DNA of 63,857 nucleotides, the filler included, from Aduncisulcus paluster (Eukaryota): the NCBI GenBank assembly GCA_024181965.1. It is 6 parts of 6 records of this genome, joined end to end, with 100 filler letters (N's around TTAATTAATTAA, not from the genome) between each part and the next. Parts side by side here need not be neighbours in the genome. Positions count along the whole stretch, not along the records: positions 1 to 6,019 come from BQXS01010037.1; positions 6,120 to 11,760 come from BQXS01010038.1; 4 more parts are not named here. One strand, written 5' to 3'. The notes under the pieces are model-generated. The model was not told the DNA's origin and ran no database searches. It saw nothing but the letters and a program-made list of their open reading frames with translations. Made by a program: the position numbers and the translations under genes. Positions 1 through 11,860 of this stretch are shown here, one piece after another. The stretch's first letter is position 1. The number at the start of each line of letters is the position of its first letter.

Positions 1-1
1 G

Positions 2-1345
2 TTATTTGTCTCAGCAGATGCCCGTATGGTCCACTCAAGCCACTCTTATGACGATAAAGCACAAAGTGATCTTGCCTTGTCCGAGAATAACCGTCTCTCA
101 ACTTTCTTGAGAACCATTATCAGCCAATCTAACGAACTGAAGAACAATGCCAGTCACGTATCTTCTTCTTCTCCACCCACTACTGTGTCAGATGTCTCAG
201 CCTCTTCATCATCTTCTTCAAATCCAAGCGATGAGGCTGAGGATGACAAAGATGGTATCATATCAGCTCTTCCATGTCTTCCAGATGAGGCTCTCCCCGT
301 TCTTCAGCTCGCTTCCACCTCCTCTCGGCAGCTCGATGCGAGTAGGACAGTCCAAGATCCGGAAGAAAGTATCGCAGATACGAAGGAAGAAATATCTCTA
401 TCTCAACGCAGAAGTATCCTTCTCTCGGCTGATTCATCTAGGGTCTTCATTACCAAAGAGATTGGGGAATTGGGAGATGCTTTTAAGACAAGTCAGAAAG
501 ATAAGCAACTTCTTCAGATCATTTTTGAGAAACTGATGGATTCTAACTTCTCAAATGATGAGAATGAGGGATTTGTACATTCTGAGTATGTCTCCCTAAA
601 TGAAATCAACGACGATCTTGAGAAATACGAAGAAACACAGAAGATATCCAAGAGAATTCTGGCTCATAATCCAGCCGCTCACAAGCTTCACTTTAATCTA
701 GCCGAGGAAGTCGAACATCAGCGTCTTCTCCGTCGTAAGGAGGCTAAAGTGACCCGTGAGCAGCGCATCAAACAGTTTTCTGCCTCTTCTTACTCTCCAT
801 GGAAACTTGAAGGTGGCATTGAGTGCATTCACTGTTATGACATGCTCAGAATTGCATGTGAAGATAATCTGCCAGAAGGAATGTCTTTCCCTGCTGCCTG
901 CATGGACCATTTTATGGAGGACACTGCCTGTCCCATACCAGAAGTTCCACCAGGCTTCGACTACCATGTTATCTATGGTCACGGCTTTGATACTTGTTTC
1001 CACGCTGTTCACTCTGAAAGTATTGATGAGGAGCGACCTGAAATTCGTGAGCAATGGGAAGTTAAGGGAGAGATTCCAACATTGTCAAGAAAGAAAAAGA
1101 AAGAAGAGTTCCTCAGACATGCTAAAACAGCTCTGTACGGACGTCCAGTAATGTTCACCCAAGTGCCTGGTGATGGTACAGTGCCACTTGTGCATGCACA
1201 GCCACCATTCAAGCCCACTGGTCAATTTAGTGTTGGTGATTCCACCCACATGAGACTCATTGCCAGTCCACAATCACTTGAGTATGTCGAAAAGACTCTT
1301 GAAGCCATCGATGAATCCGATATGCAAATGTCATTTAAACTGTGA
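2..1345 (+). CDS. LCAT / group XV phospholipase A2-like alpha/beta hydrolase, C-terminal part (5' truncated by window edge)
   Basis: The frame is open from position 2. C-terminal motifs 'PPGFDYHVIYGHGFDT', 'GDGTVP' (catalytic Asp region) and 'STHMRLI' (catalytic His) match LCAT/LPLA2/PDAT C-termini. A long Ser/acidic insertion lies upstream. Confidence 0.7.
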   Translation, partial: LFVSADARMVHSSHSYDDKAQSDLALSENNRLSTFLRTIISQSNELKNNASHVSSSSPPTTVSDVSASSSSSSNPSDEAEDDKDGIISALPCLPDEALPVLQLASTSSRQLDASRTVQDPEESIADTKEEISLSQRRSILLSADSSRVFITKEIGELGDAFKTSQKDKQLLQIIFEKLMDSNFSNDENEGFVHSEYVSLNEINDDLEKYEETQKISKRILAHNPAAHKLHFNLAEEVEHQRLLRRKEAKVTREQRIKQFSASSYSPWKLEGGIECIHCYDMLRIACEDNLPEGMSFPAACMDHFMEDTACPIPEVPPGFDYHVIYGHGFDTCFHAVHSESIDEERPEIREQWEVKGEIPTLSRKKKKEEFLRHAKTALYGRPVMFTQVPGDGTVPLVHAQPPFKPTGQFSVGDSTHMRLIASPQSLEYVEKTLEAIDESDMQMSFKL

Positions 1346-1918
1346 GATCCATGCTTGATGGTTTGTTTGTTTTTATTATTATTAATTATTAATGGTAGTG
1401 TTATCTGCTCCGTTTGTTTATTTCTTGATTTCTATTTGGTTTCTTTTTTTTTTTTTTAATTATTAAATATTTCATTTTTTTCAAGATTTTCTGGAATAAT
1501 CTTTTAATTATATTATGTCTTGCTGAATTTCTGAATATATTTTCATAATTGAATATATCCTGAGCCTCAAATTCTGTGTTATAGACCCACATTTTCTTCT
1601 GATTTAACTCAAGAAGATCACTGAAATTTTACTATATTACTATTTTCTCAATCATTAATCTATTTTTAGTTCATGGTACAGAATTGAGAAAGATTATATT
1701 TTTCCAAAAAATATCCAATATTTGGTTGAAAGAAGGAAGTTTCATTAAGTGCAAAATCAGACTGTTATTTCTTGGCCTGATTCGAGTAAATTAGATCAAA
1801 AATGTTATTGTATTAATTATTAAAATTCTCAATTCACACTCTTTCTTCGAAATAAAATGGTCGTCATTGGGCAATTTTCTTTTAAATTTTCTCTTTTTCG
1901 ACGACTACACCCAAATCT

Positions 1919-3019
1919 TCATTCTTCCTCTTCACGCTCTGACCTTTCACTCTCTTCTTTTCTCTGAAATTCTCCTTCTTCTTCCTCTTCATCCTTTTTA
2001 GAAGCAGGAGATATAGGCAAGGAATGATGCTGACCGGTTTTATCACATGCAGGAATCGGTGTGGCCGGCACAGCTCTAGTTGAAGAAGAAAGATGCTCTT
2101 CTCTCTCCTCTTCCTCGTGTCCGCTATCCTTTGCCAAATGTGACGTTTCACTGGTTATCGAGGCACGTGTTGTATCCTTTAAATGATCTCCAAGCGAATC
2201 AACAGAGCCACCATGAGGAATATGAGAATGAGTATGGGGATGCTGTTGAGCATATAATTTCCTTGTAAATTCAGTGCATTGGTCAAATATTTCAGCCATT
2301 TTCATATTCTTTTTGCCACATTTCACAAGGAAACCCATAAATCTTCCAAAGGCTTCCGAGGTACGCAAACATTCATACGTTTCGTCCAATTCTTTTTCTT
2401 CGCCAGGAGATAGGGTTTTCTTCTGTTTTAAATTAAATATTCTTAATCTCAGCTCGATTCTTCGCTTTCCAATCATTTCTTGATCAAATTCCAGCATTCT
2501 TTGATCTATTTTCTGAGGGATTGAATGAGGGATAGACAATTGCTGTGGAGAAGATATTGGAGGCGTAGATTTAACACCTGACCATCTCATCAACCAGGAA
2601 AATGGATTAAATTTTGAAGATTCGGGCGGAGAACCACCAGAGACAGAAGGTGACTGAGGAATGGAACTACTGAGACCTGGACCCTCTTTTGGCTTTGAAG
2701 AAACCTTATCGACCCTCGAACGAAGAGATTTTTCATATATATTGATCATTAATAAAGAATCGGGCACGACACTTTTCAAGCCCTTTTCTTTCAGTGGAAG
2801 AATCTTTTCAAAGGCAACTAATTCTCTTCTATTAAGTAAAGCAATCTCTTCTTTCAAATAAAGGAGCTCTTCAAGTGAAAAGGAAGCATTTTCAAGGATT
2901 TTGGGGTCATCCGATTTCATACTCTCTTGAATTTGAAATTGAAGGGTTTCACATTTCTTTTCCAAAGACTTACGACAGTCTTGTATCGCCAAAAATTGTT
3001 CTTTTTGTTGATTAGACAT
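1919..3019 (-). CDS. Hypothetical protein with N-terminal coiled coil and acidic tail
   Basis: 366-aa ATG-TGA ORF between AT-rich intergenic regions; no recognised motif. Confidence 0.65.
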   Translation of the reverse strand: MSNQQKEQFLAIQDCRKSLEKKCETLQFQIQESMKSDDPKILENASFSLEELLYLKEEIALLNRRELVAFEKILPLKEKGLKSVVPDSLLMINIYEKSLRSRVDKVSSKPKEGPGLSSSIPQSPSVSGGSPPESSKFNPFSWLMRWSGVKSTPPISSPQQLSIPHSIPQKIDQRMLEFDQEMIGKRRIELRLRIFNLKQKKTLSPGEEKELDETYECLRTSEAFGRFMGFLVKCGKKNMKMAEIFDQCTEFTRKLYAQQHPHTHSHIPHGGSVDSLGDHLKDTTRASITSETSHLAKDSGHEEEEREEHLSSSTRAVPATPIPACDKTGQHHSLPISPASKKDEEEEEGEFQRKEESERSEREEEE

Positions 3020-3748
3020 GATATTGACAAGAAAATCACCAAACTTTGAAAATCAAAATCAAAAGTGATCATGAATGTCATTAACAAGTCAACATAATCC
3101 AATATTCGATGATAAATACTTAATTCGATAAAACAATTTTTCTGATAACACTATTTTAACAATCAAAATAAGCCAGAGTTTGACGACATGGGATTTTATT
3201 GCTATAGGATTCCAAACAGAAAATCATCAATATTGAGTGTTTAAAATATATATTTAGTGTATAATAAGGCAAGAATAATGATTCGTATATTGTAAATTGA
3301 GATATAATAGGACTTTGACCAACAAAAATCTCAAAAATGATCTTCAAAGTGATCAAAAAGCCCGAAAAAAATAATTTTCTTGTTTCCCTCTCTCATTCCC
3401 TAACTATTTTCCTCACATAACTCCACAAATAACTGGTAAAAGGCGAAACCAAAAAAAAAAAAATAAATAAATTCTATAAAGAGGAAAAAAATGGAGGTAA
3501 TCAAAAAATAAATATTAGAATTGGAGTTTTTGAAAAGCATTTAATAAAATTTAATAAAATGAGAATTTGGAATACTGAAAACAGAAAGAAAGAAAACAAT
3601 TATACAAATAAAAAAAAGGAATAAATCGGATAAAATCGGAGAGTATTTAGCAAATGTACAAAAAAAAATACACACATATTTACATGCTAATACTGTACTG
3701 TACCATTGCAATAATTATTCGATCTATATTCGAACAATCATACAATTT

Positions 3749-6018
3749 TCATACAATTCCTTCGATATCCTTGCATAATACTTCCTTCTCTTCTTTCTCT
3801 TTCTCTTTCTCTCCCTCTTCTTCTCCTTCCTTCTCTTCCTCTTCCTCTTTCTCTCTCTCTTCGCTCTGATGTTTCAATTCTTCTTGTTTCTTCCTATATT
3901 TGGCCAGAGCAACTGTCTTGACGATCTCTGAGACAATGCAAGCAAGCATGCACCACAAGGTTATAAAGACAAATCCAAACGAAAATACCCCAAAGTTGGC
4001 ACGAGCACCAGTTTCACCAAATACTTGTGGATTAATGATACTAATCATAGCTTGGATAATGGACTCAACCAGACTTGCAAGCATTGTATTTATGGCATAT
4101 ATTGATGCAAATGGCACAATGTGGATCTTGGACTGCCTGAAGGTCCCATACAGTGTAGAGGAAGAGGAAGTGCCCAAGTTACCTCCTTGAAAACTGGAAG
4201 AGGGAAGAGCAAGGGTTGGAATAGAGGAGGAAGAGGAAGACGTTGAAGAGATGGTTGAAGAAGACGTTGAAGAAGACGTAAAGGATACTGGGACAACTGA
4301 TTTAGATGTATGTGCTTCATGATTGTCCCCATTTAATTCCTCTCGGACATCCATTCGAGCAACACTATACTGTACTATACTGCTTCCAACAACAATAGTA
4401 TCCTTATCATGTTTGTCTTCATGGGGACCAGATCCTTCAATGGTAACAATAGTGGCACTTTCATCAGCAGTGACGTCAGTGATGCCAGTCTCTTGAATGT
4501 GTCTCTGGGATCTCAGTTCATCCCGTATTCTCTCCATCTCCTTCTGCTTCTTCCTTTCCTCCTTCTGCTTCTTCCTTTCCTCCTTCTCTTGGACCCTCTT
4601 CCTCTCCTCAAGGTCCTCTCTCTCTCTTTCGAACTCAACGCCCCTCATGATCCCTTCAGCCATCCGCGTACTATTGACGGCCAGGAACACCTCCACAATG
4701 TACTGGTACAATACGAAGCACACAATGCATATCGAAGCGTTATAGGAAACGGATATGGAGAGTGTCAAGAGTGCAAGCAATAGAGCTCCAATACCAAAGA
4801 AAAGGGGATGGGAGGGCGGGAAGGCGTCAAGAATGGCCAAAAAGAATGGTGGAAGAGTGACACTTGGAGTGTTCTCATCTTGGCTTGCAGGGGGGAAGAA
4901 CACATACGGACGTGGTTCAGGAGAGATAAAGAAAGATGTGCTGACCATCCTCCCATCCGTTATAACCTCCTGAAGACCAGAAGAGGACCGGGGCGACATT
5001 GTCTCGTCCTCAAAATCCATGACATTGCCTTGAGATTCCATCAATTTCTCCCGTTTCTCTTTCTCTCTTAACTTCTTGCGGTGCTGATATTTCCGAAGAA
5101 CCCAAGGTGTAAAGCCTCCAAGAGTGGCAAATAGCTTACTAAACACACCCACCATTCCATTCATTGTCCCACTCGTATCACCAGTAGTCGTTGCAAGCAC
5201 GAGGAAGAAGAAGTTGATCACAAGGTTATGAATGGCATTGACAACGACCCAAAGGACGGTATTAAACATAGCGATGAAAGAGTTATACGCATGCTTACTG
5301 TCCTTGAAGTGTGAAGATAATGTGTTTATAATATGGGTATTAATAAACAATCGGATGGATTCCCGGTTGGTCCGACGACATGCTTCGGCCACAGCCGGTG
5401 AATCAGCCCCACCGGTACCGCGGAATGAGTTCGAAGAAGAAGAGTCCTCTGCAGGCGATACATCTCCACTACCGGTGCCACTGGAGGAACTAGAAGTGTA
5501 TAATTGACCCTCAGGGAGGGACATCTCGGGTCTCTGGGATATAGCGGCGACAGTTCTGGCATAACGCTCTGATTCCCAATTGTGACGTGCTTTCTCGAAA
5601 TCTCTATCCCTCTCCCAGCCCTCACCTTCCCATTCTTCCACAAAGTGGATTGGAACGTGCAACACATGTGGCTCTTCTTTCTTTTTCTTGGTCGAAGCAC
5701 CAGGAGCATCCTTTGGGCGTTTTTCACGACACGCAACAGATCTTTGAGCTTTTTTGACAGAAGACTTTTCACTAGCGCCTCGCTTAGATTTGGATTTATC
5801 GGTGGTAGGTGTTTTCCCGACGACTTTTAGGAACTCACGGTGTTTATAAGCTTCTCGATCCAAATTCTCCTTTGAATCACGTTTTTTCGTGGTTATATAC
5901 GATGATTCAACATCCTCTGCATCGTCGGCATCGGATCCATCATCATCGATTAAGTTATCATCCTCGTGGGCAGTTGTTCGATACCCATATCGTCGTCGAA
6001 GAATAGAAACAAAAGCCT
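3749..6018 (-). CDS. SLC19 / reduced-folate-thiamine carrier-like MFS transporter, C-terminal half (5' truncated at linker)
   Basis: The frame stays open to the gap (GFVSILRRRYGYR...). Hydrophobic segments 'MNGMVGVFSKLFATLGG', 'SICIVCFVLYQYIVEVFLAVNSTRMA' and 'SIYAINTMLASLVESIIQAMISII' resemble SLC19 TM8, TM10 and TM11 (YNG.V....TL.GA; ALVFG.NTF.AL.LQTI.T.IV). They are separated by large low-complexity loops. Confidence 0.55.
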
Positions 6019-6019
6019 T

Positions 6020-6119
6020 NNNNNNNNNNNNNNNNNNNNNNNNNNNNNNNNNNNNNNNNNNNNTTAATTAATTAANNNNNNNNNNNNNNNNNNNNNNNNN
6101 NNNNNNNNNNNNNNNNNNN
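6020..6119. other. Artificial contig-join linker N44-TTAATTAATTAA-N44
   Basis: The same 100-nt construct occurs five times; the 12-mer has stops in all six frames. Confidence 0.97.
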
Positions 6120-7907
6120 TACACAAGGTCCTCTTCATCATCTTCACAAGGATCACATTCGTCGAGATCAACAGCCCAGCTTTTGGCAAACTCAATCACA
6201 TTCCCACCTTGACAGAACTCCATCATGATGCCTAATGTTCCCTTCAGATCACCATCGAGAAGATCAAGGATATGCAGAGGACGAGGGATACAGCTTTGTA
6301 ATGATGATTTGAAATACAACCGATGCTGACGAGAGAATTCTTTCTTCATGTCTTTCACACATTTCTCATTGTCTTCACATGACTCTTTGTTCTTCATACA
6401 CTTCAGAGCACACAACACAGGAGGCGAGCAGTATGAAGCAGGGTATTCGACACGAGCAAGGATAACAACACCGAACCCACCTTTCCCAATGATACAAAGA
6501 GGAGTAATGGTACAGGAGGAAGTCAAGGTCTGAGGGAGTGGGACAGGAATGGGGTGTTGAGAAGGAGTAGAAGAAGTTGGTTGGTTTGGGTTGGATTTGG
6601 TAGGTTCAGATGTCTTTGTTTCTTGAGTGAGTGATTCTGTTTGTTGTTTTGAACTTGAAGGAATATCTTTCTTTCCCCGAGATTCTGTCTTCTTCTTCTT
6701 CTTCTTCTTTCACAGCTTCTTTCACAGCTTCTTTCACAGCTTCTTCTTTGACAGGGTTTGATGGCAAAGACAAAGTTGATGTGGATGTCTTGGAGGAACT
6801 GGAAGGAACAGGAACAGGAGTAAGAAGAGGAGGAGAGGTGGGAATATCATCACCTCGAAGGAAAACGAGGGAGTAGATCCTGAAATATCGACACTTCTTA
6901 TTACACCACATTCTTTTCCCTTCAATCTCACACAATACAACATTATCCAAATCAATAGGAAGGAAGTGCCATTCATAATCATGTTCAGGTTTTGTGAATT
7001 CATACTTCTTACATGTCTTCTTACCATCACAATCAGTGAAAGTGAAGAGAAGAGAGGGTGAACTAGTATACTTATTCACACAGATATAAGCACCTTTCAT
7101 TGGACTAGGTGATGGGAAAGGGATGGAAAGATGGGATAAGAATACTCTATCTTCCCCTTTTAACATTGTTTGTGCATTTGAACTCTGATCATACTGCCCA
7201 GATTCCTTACTATACAAATCATTCTTGCACTTAACCATTGAGAATGAAGGATCTACAAGCTTTGGATTATCTCGTGGAATGGGAATAGAATCTATAACAT
7301 CCCAATCTCCTCCCTTAACAAACTCTGGTTTCACAAGTGGAGCTTCAGACCATAGTTTCTCTCTGGCTTCACGAGATTTGATTTCTTCAGGAGTTTCTTC
7401 TCTACTAATGAAAACAAGGGATTTGATTCCAAAATACTCTCTATATCTTCCTTTCCCTGTAATCTCACACAGAACAACATCAGGGAGATCAACAGGAAGG
7501 AAATACCAACGATGATCTTTAAATTCAGGAAATTTGTATTTCTTGGATGTTTTATCACCCTTTGAAGATGTGAGAGTGAAGATAAGGTGTGATGGAGGTG
7601 AAGGCATCAAATAACCACCATCAAGACATATATAAGCCCCTTTCATTGGGGAAGATGAAGAGAAAGGAATGGAGATATGGGTAAAATATCCATAATTACT
7701 CTCTCCTTTCATCATACCTTGTGCTTTAGAACTCTGATCGTACTCTTTATCACCTTCTTCCTTGGTTTCATCTATTGCTTCGATAGCTGTAAACTCTGCA
7801 CTCTTAACATTGGGGGCATCTCCAGGAATTGGACAGCAATGCCAATCTCCTTCATGAACAAACTCAGGCTCCACAGTTTGAATAACAGTATCTGTGGATG
7901 AACTCAT
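6120..7907 (-). CDS. Ser/Thr protein kinase with two tandem ~180-aa N-terminal modules (frameshift near 6690-6710; 3' truncated)
   Basis: ORF 6606-7907 has two homologous modules (PEFV..GDW...PIP.D.P ... DQSS.AQ.M.KGE ... H.SIPF.S.SPMKGAYIC ... W.FLP.DL..VVLCEI.GK). A +1 shift in the (GAA)n run gives KKTESRGKKDIPSSS...PQTLTSSCTITPLCIIGKGGFGVV...CALKCM...GIMMEFCQGG, i.e. kinase subdomains I-V. Confidence 0.8.
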
Positions 7908-8015
7908 TTGAATAGAGATAGAATTTCTTATCTAAAAAAAATAAAAACAAGCAGAATAATAAATGAATCCGGTTAAAATATTTCTTAATATACATTTAAT
8001 AAAAGATGCAACATA

Positions 8016-8815
8016 TAGTAAACATACAATTTGCTTGTACGACGAGAAATCGAAAAAATGGAGGACTGAACAAGCAACCCTTCAATAGATAAGATTGGAA
8101 ATTTAAAAAAACACATATAAACGAATTAAATGCTGATAAATGATAAAAACATGTTTTATTTTCATTTCCATGCCATGGTGTTTATTCTCGATATCTCAGG
8201 CCTTTGGAGACCCCTCAGGACTGGATATAGTTCCATTTCACGTGTTAAGAACATTTATGGACGATTTCAATGCTATTCAATAACATGGATATATTTCCAT
8301 TTCATTTCTATCCTTATCCTAGCCTTTCTGTTCATTTTTACTTGCTTTTGCTTACAATCAAAAATATCAAGAACTCGGAATATGATGCTTTTCATGTGTC
8401 TGTATNNNNNNNNNNNNNNNNNNNNTAGTAAACATACAATTTGCTTGTACGACGAGAAATCGAAAAAATGGAGGACTGAACAAGCAACCCTTCAATAGAT
8501 AAGATTGGAAATTTAAAAAAACACATATAAACGAATTAAATGCTGATAAATGATAAAAACATGTTTTATTTTCATTTCCATGCCATGGTGTTTATTCTCG
8601 ATATCTCAGGCCTTTGGAGACCCCTCAGGACTGGATATAGTTCCATTTCACGTGTTAAGAACATTTATGGACGATTTCAATGCTATTCAATAACATGGAT
8701 ATATTTCCATTTCATTTCTATCCTTATCCTAGCCTTTCTGTTCATTTTTACTTGCTTTTGCTTACAATCAAAAATATCAAGAACTCGGAATATGATGCTT
8801 TTCATGTGTCTGTAT
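8016..8815. repeat. 390-bp sequence duplicated on either side of an N20 gap (8016-8405 = 8426-8815); scaffolding overlap artefact
   Basis: Identical copies directly abut the gap at 8406-8425. Confidence 0.9.
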
Positions 8816-8874
8816 ACTGCTACGAATATAATCCCCTGATGCTTCATGGAACACGACATTTCCCCGCAGTCAAA

Positions 8875-8922
8875 TCCAACTCCAACTCCAACTCCAATTC
8901 CAACTCCAACTCCAACTCCAAC
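8875..8922 (+). repeat. (TCCAAC)8 hexamer microsatellite
   Basis: Eight units, one of them the variant TCCAAT. Confidence 0.9.
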
Positions 8923-9394
8923 GCTCCAATGCCAGATCCTGATCATCCGATACATTTAATACTGAGCTTTGTGCTCTGTACTCCTTGTCTTTGAAAAGGG
9001 GGGTATTGATCATCTGTCATCTGGTCATATGCCAAAGTCATACTATAAACCCTGAAGGAGTGAACTATCAGCACATCAGCAATCATTGGTATGATAGCAA
9101 TCATTGGTATGATACCAGATGATTCTGATTCGAGTGAGAATTGAATACAATCTCTCTGGACTGACAAGAGATGAAAATTGAAGCCTAGTCTGCTTTTGAA
9201 GGGACACTGACCAGACTCTGGTCACCAGAGGGTAATATTTTTGTTTGGTGGCACCGGATAATCCGATCGAAAACTGTTCTTACACTGATTTTTCAGATAT
9301 ATTTATTTTATAAATTAATAATTTCAAATGGGTGCAAATAAACTCCAACTTATCAACTTCTGTTTTCTGCTTCTGACTGGAATCTTAAAATAAC

Positions 9395-11760
9395 TCATTT
9401 CTTTGGAAAACCTTCGATTCTAGAACCCTTGATGCGGAAAGCTTTGATTCCTGGCCAAGCCAATATTGAAGTCAGAACAGATGAATGTTTCCAGACATCC
9501 TGATCAGCAAGTTTGTGTGGAATACTCTTCTTCTTGTTCTGTGAGTCGACTACAGTTGTCTCCAGTTCGCCATACGTGTGGAATTTCAACCCTCTTTGCA
9601 AAATATGCTCGATTCCATCGGATAATCGTTCGTAAATATTTCCCCTTGATCCACCAAGGATGTCATGGTCACATCCAAGCCCACGCGTAAGAACATCTTC
9701 CATCATATCAGGCCCTGGTTGCTGAGCAGAGTGTTCAGGATCTGTGAACTCGATATTAGAAGAGATTAACGAGAGAACTTGGGGAGATAGTGTCAAATGT
9801 GTGGAGGATATTCCGAAATGATGGTTAGCAAGAGACACGGATGAAGCAAGAGCACTCGACCCGATGTTTAAAGGAGAGATTAGAGACGACTCAGGTGCTG
9901 GCGATGGAAGCAAGAGAACATGAACAATATCAGCTGAACTTCCTCTTGAATACCTTGGATGAGGGATTGTAGGTGTTATGGTGAAGGGTAAAAAGATATC
10001 AGAACCTGCAGAAAGCACTGCAACGGATGACATGAATGCTTGTGGATGGTATGGAGGAACACGCCCACCATAATCATCCATTACAAATGCCATTTCTTTC
10101 GTAGTTGTGCCCCATCCAAACGATACATCCATTCCACCTGCTTTACACTCAACACGAATGCAAACCTCAGACATGGATAATGACAGAGAAGAGACGGTTA
10201 ATAATACACTTAAAGGTTGATTAACGTACAAGAACGAACTTCTCAGAGGAGACAGTGAGGACACTGGGCATGGTAACACAGACAGGGCATTGTCTTGGTT
10301 ACGGATAAGTGACATTGAGTACGAATCAAGAGAGGATTGTGAAGTTGAAGACCCATGTTTAATCGTTTCGTCTCTATACTCAAGTTGATGCTCAGAAACG
10401 TTGATCTGGAGCAGTCTTGTGTTAACACGAGCTTCAACACACTCACCACGGACCATACACACAACATTGTCTCCAGTAGATTCAGAGAGAATGGAAATTG
10501 AACCACTAAACCTACCTACAGATACAGGAGTTACTGAGAAGTTAATCGTAAAGACATCACCGGGTGACACTGATATTATTCTATAATTAGAACCTCTCTC
10601 CCACCCCAAAGCACTGCTAACGGCACCTCCTACCTTTTGGATGGAGATCGATGTGATACAAACACCTTCACAGCGGTACATTCTATCTTCTTTTCTTAGT
10701 TCTTCCTCTTCGATTTGAGTCTTTCCATGTCCCATTCCACGAGAAGCAATATGTTTCTTCTTCTTCTTCTTCTTCTCACCTTTTTCTTGTTCACCTCCTG
10801 CTTCTTCTTCTTCTTCTTCTTCTTCTTCTTGGATCCGAGACCTCAGTTCTGCATGTTCTTCTGTCTCATCTTCAAACAACTCAAGCCACTTCCATCTTCT
10901 TTTCCTTGTACTGCCTCGTGTACTCGCAGTGCCACTACGACTACTCAAACGTTCACTCTCAGCGGCTGCCTTCTCCTCTCCTCTTTCTCTTTCAATGGAG
11001 GCCTTGTTTGTTGATGTCACATGACGACGAATACGTTTACCACTGCCAAAAACTCTTATACTTACTCTTTTCTGTCCAAGCCAAGCACCTGTGAGAGTAA
11101 ACGAAGAGGAGGCATTGAAGGAAATTGGAGAAGGAATGTTCAAGAAACTCGTCTCAAGTTTGATACACGAAAATGCAGACATGGTTCCCGTCCATTCAGG
11201 ATCAAGTTTTGGGAACGCACCTTTTCCTTGCCCCTTATCACGATGAGAATCATCAGATCTCCCCCCTCTACGCAGCTGATGCATCTCAATTTTGGCTCTA
11301 ACACGGATTTTTTTCCCATCTTCTTCTCCAATTTTAACATATATTGAAGGATCTTTGAAAAGAGAGGAAGAGTTCGTCCCAGAATCGTCAAGATCGTCCA
11401 TAATATCAATGTTATCAAGTCCAGGATGATCATCAACATCCTCATTACCGGCCAGCCGGGCAAGCCGGTTACGGGCGTCATCATCTCCGCTAAGCTCAGA
11501 TTTCGATTGTTCGAGTGGAAATTGGAGTGGAACACGTGAAAAAGCGGATACAGTCACAGTCTGTGCTGATAAAGGACCCACAATACCTTGGGAAGGGTCT
11601 GCAGAGAAAGTTACGTGAGGCACAGATACATTGAAGTTAATGGGAACGGAGTGTGGATTTTGAATTACAAATACCCGAGTGTGTTTTGAATGTGTTCGAA
11701 TACTTCCAAAATCAATCTCATCTTCAGCAATGGACAATGTGGGAGATAATATTGGCAATA
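9395..11760 (-). CDS. ASH / PapD-like Ig-fold (Hydin/CFAP-type) probable ciliary protein, C-terminal part (5' truncated)
   Basis: 'EDEIDFGSIRTHSKHTRVFVIQNPHSVPINFNVS...FSADPSQGIVGPLSAQTVTVS' and 'VSPGDVFTINFSVTPVSVGRFSGSISI' are typical ASH-domain patterns. Confidence 0.6.
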
Positions 11761-11860
11761 NNNNNNNNNNNNNNNNNNNNNNNNNNNNNNNNNNNNNNNN
11801 NNNNTTAATTAATTAANNNNNNNNNNNNNNNNNNNNNNNNNNNNNNNNNNNNNNNNNNNN
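11761..11860. other. Artificial contig-join linker
   Basis: N44-TTAATTAATTAA-N44. Confidence 0.97.

Noticed and set aside
6064..6075. TTAATTAATTAA palindrome recurring five times, as a possible biological repeat or recombination site
   Set aside because: It is always centred in exactly 44+44 Ns and stops all six frames, so it is a synthetic concatenation linker. Gene neighbourhoods across it are not interpretable.
8130..8839. Two identical small ORFs (8130-8498, 8540-8839) as a gene duplication
   Set aside because: They lie in the overlap duplicated around an N20 gap, are AT-rich and have no recognisable protein features.
8875..8922. Telomeric repeat or CRISPR-like array
   Set aside because: Only eight internal hexamers, not TTAGGG/TAGGG-type, and no spacers. 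I saw no repeat-spacer array anywhere in the window.
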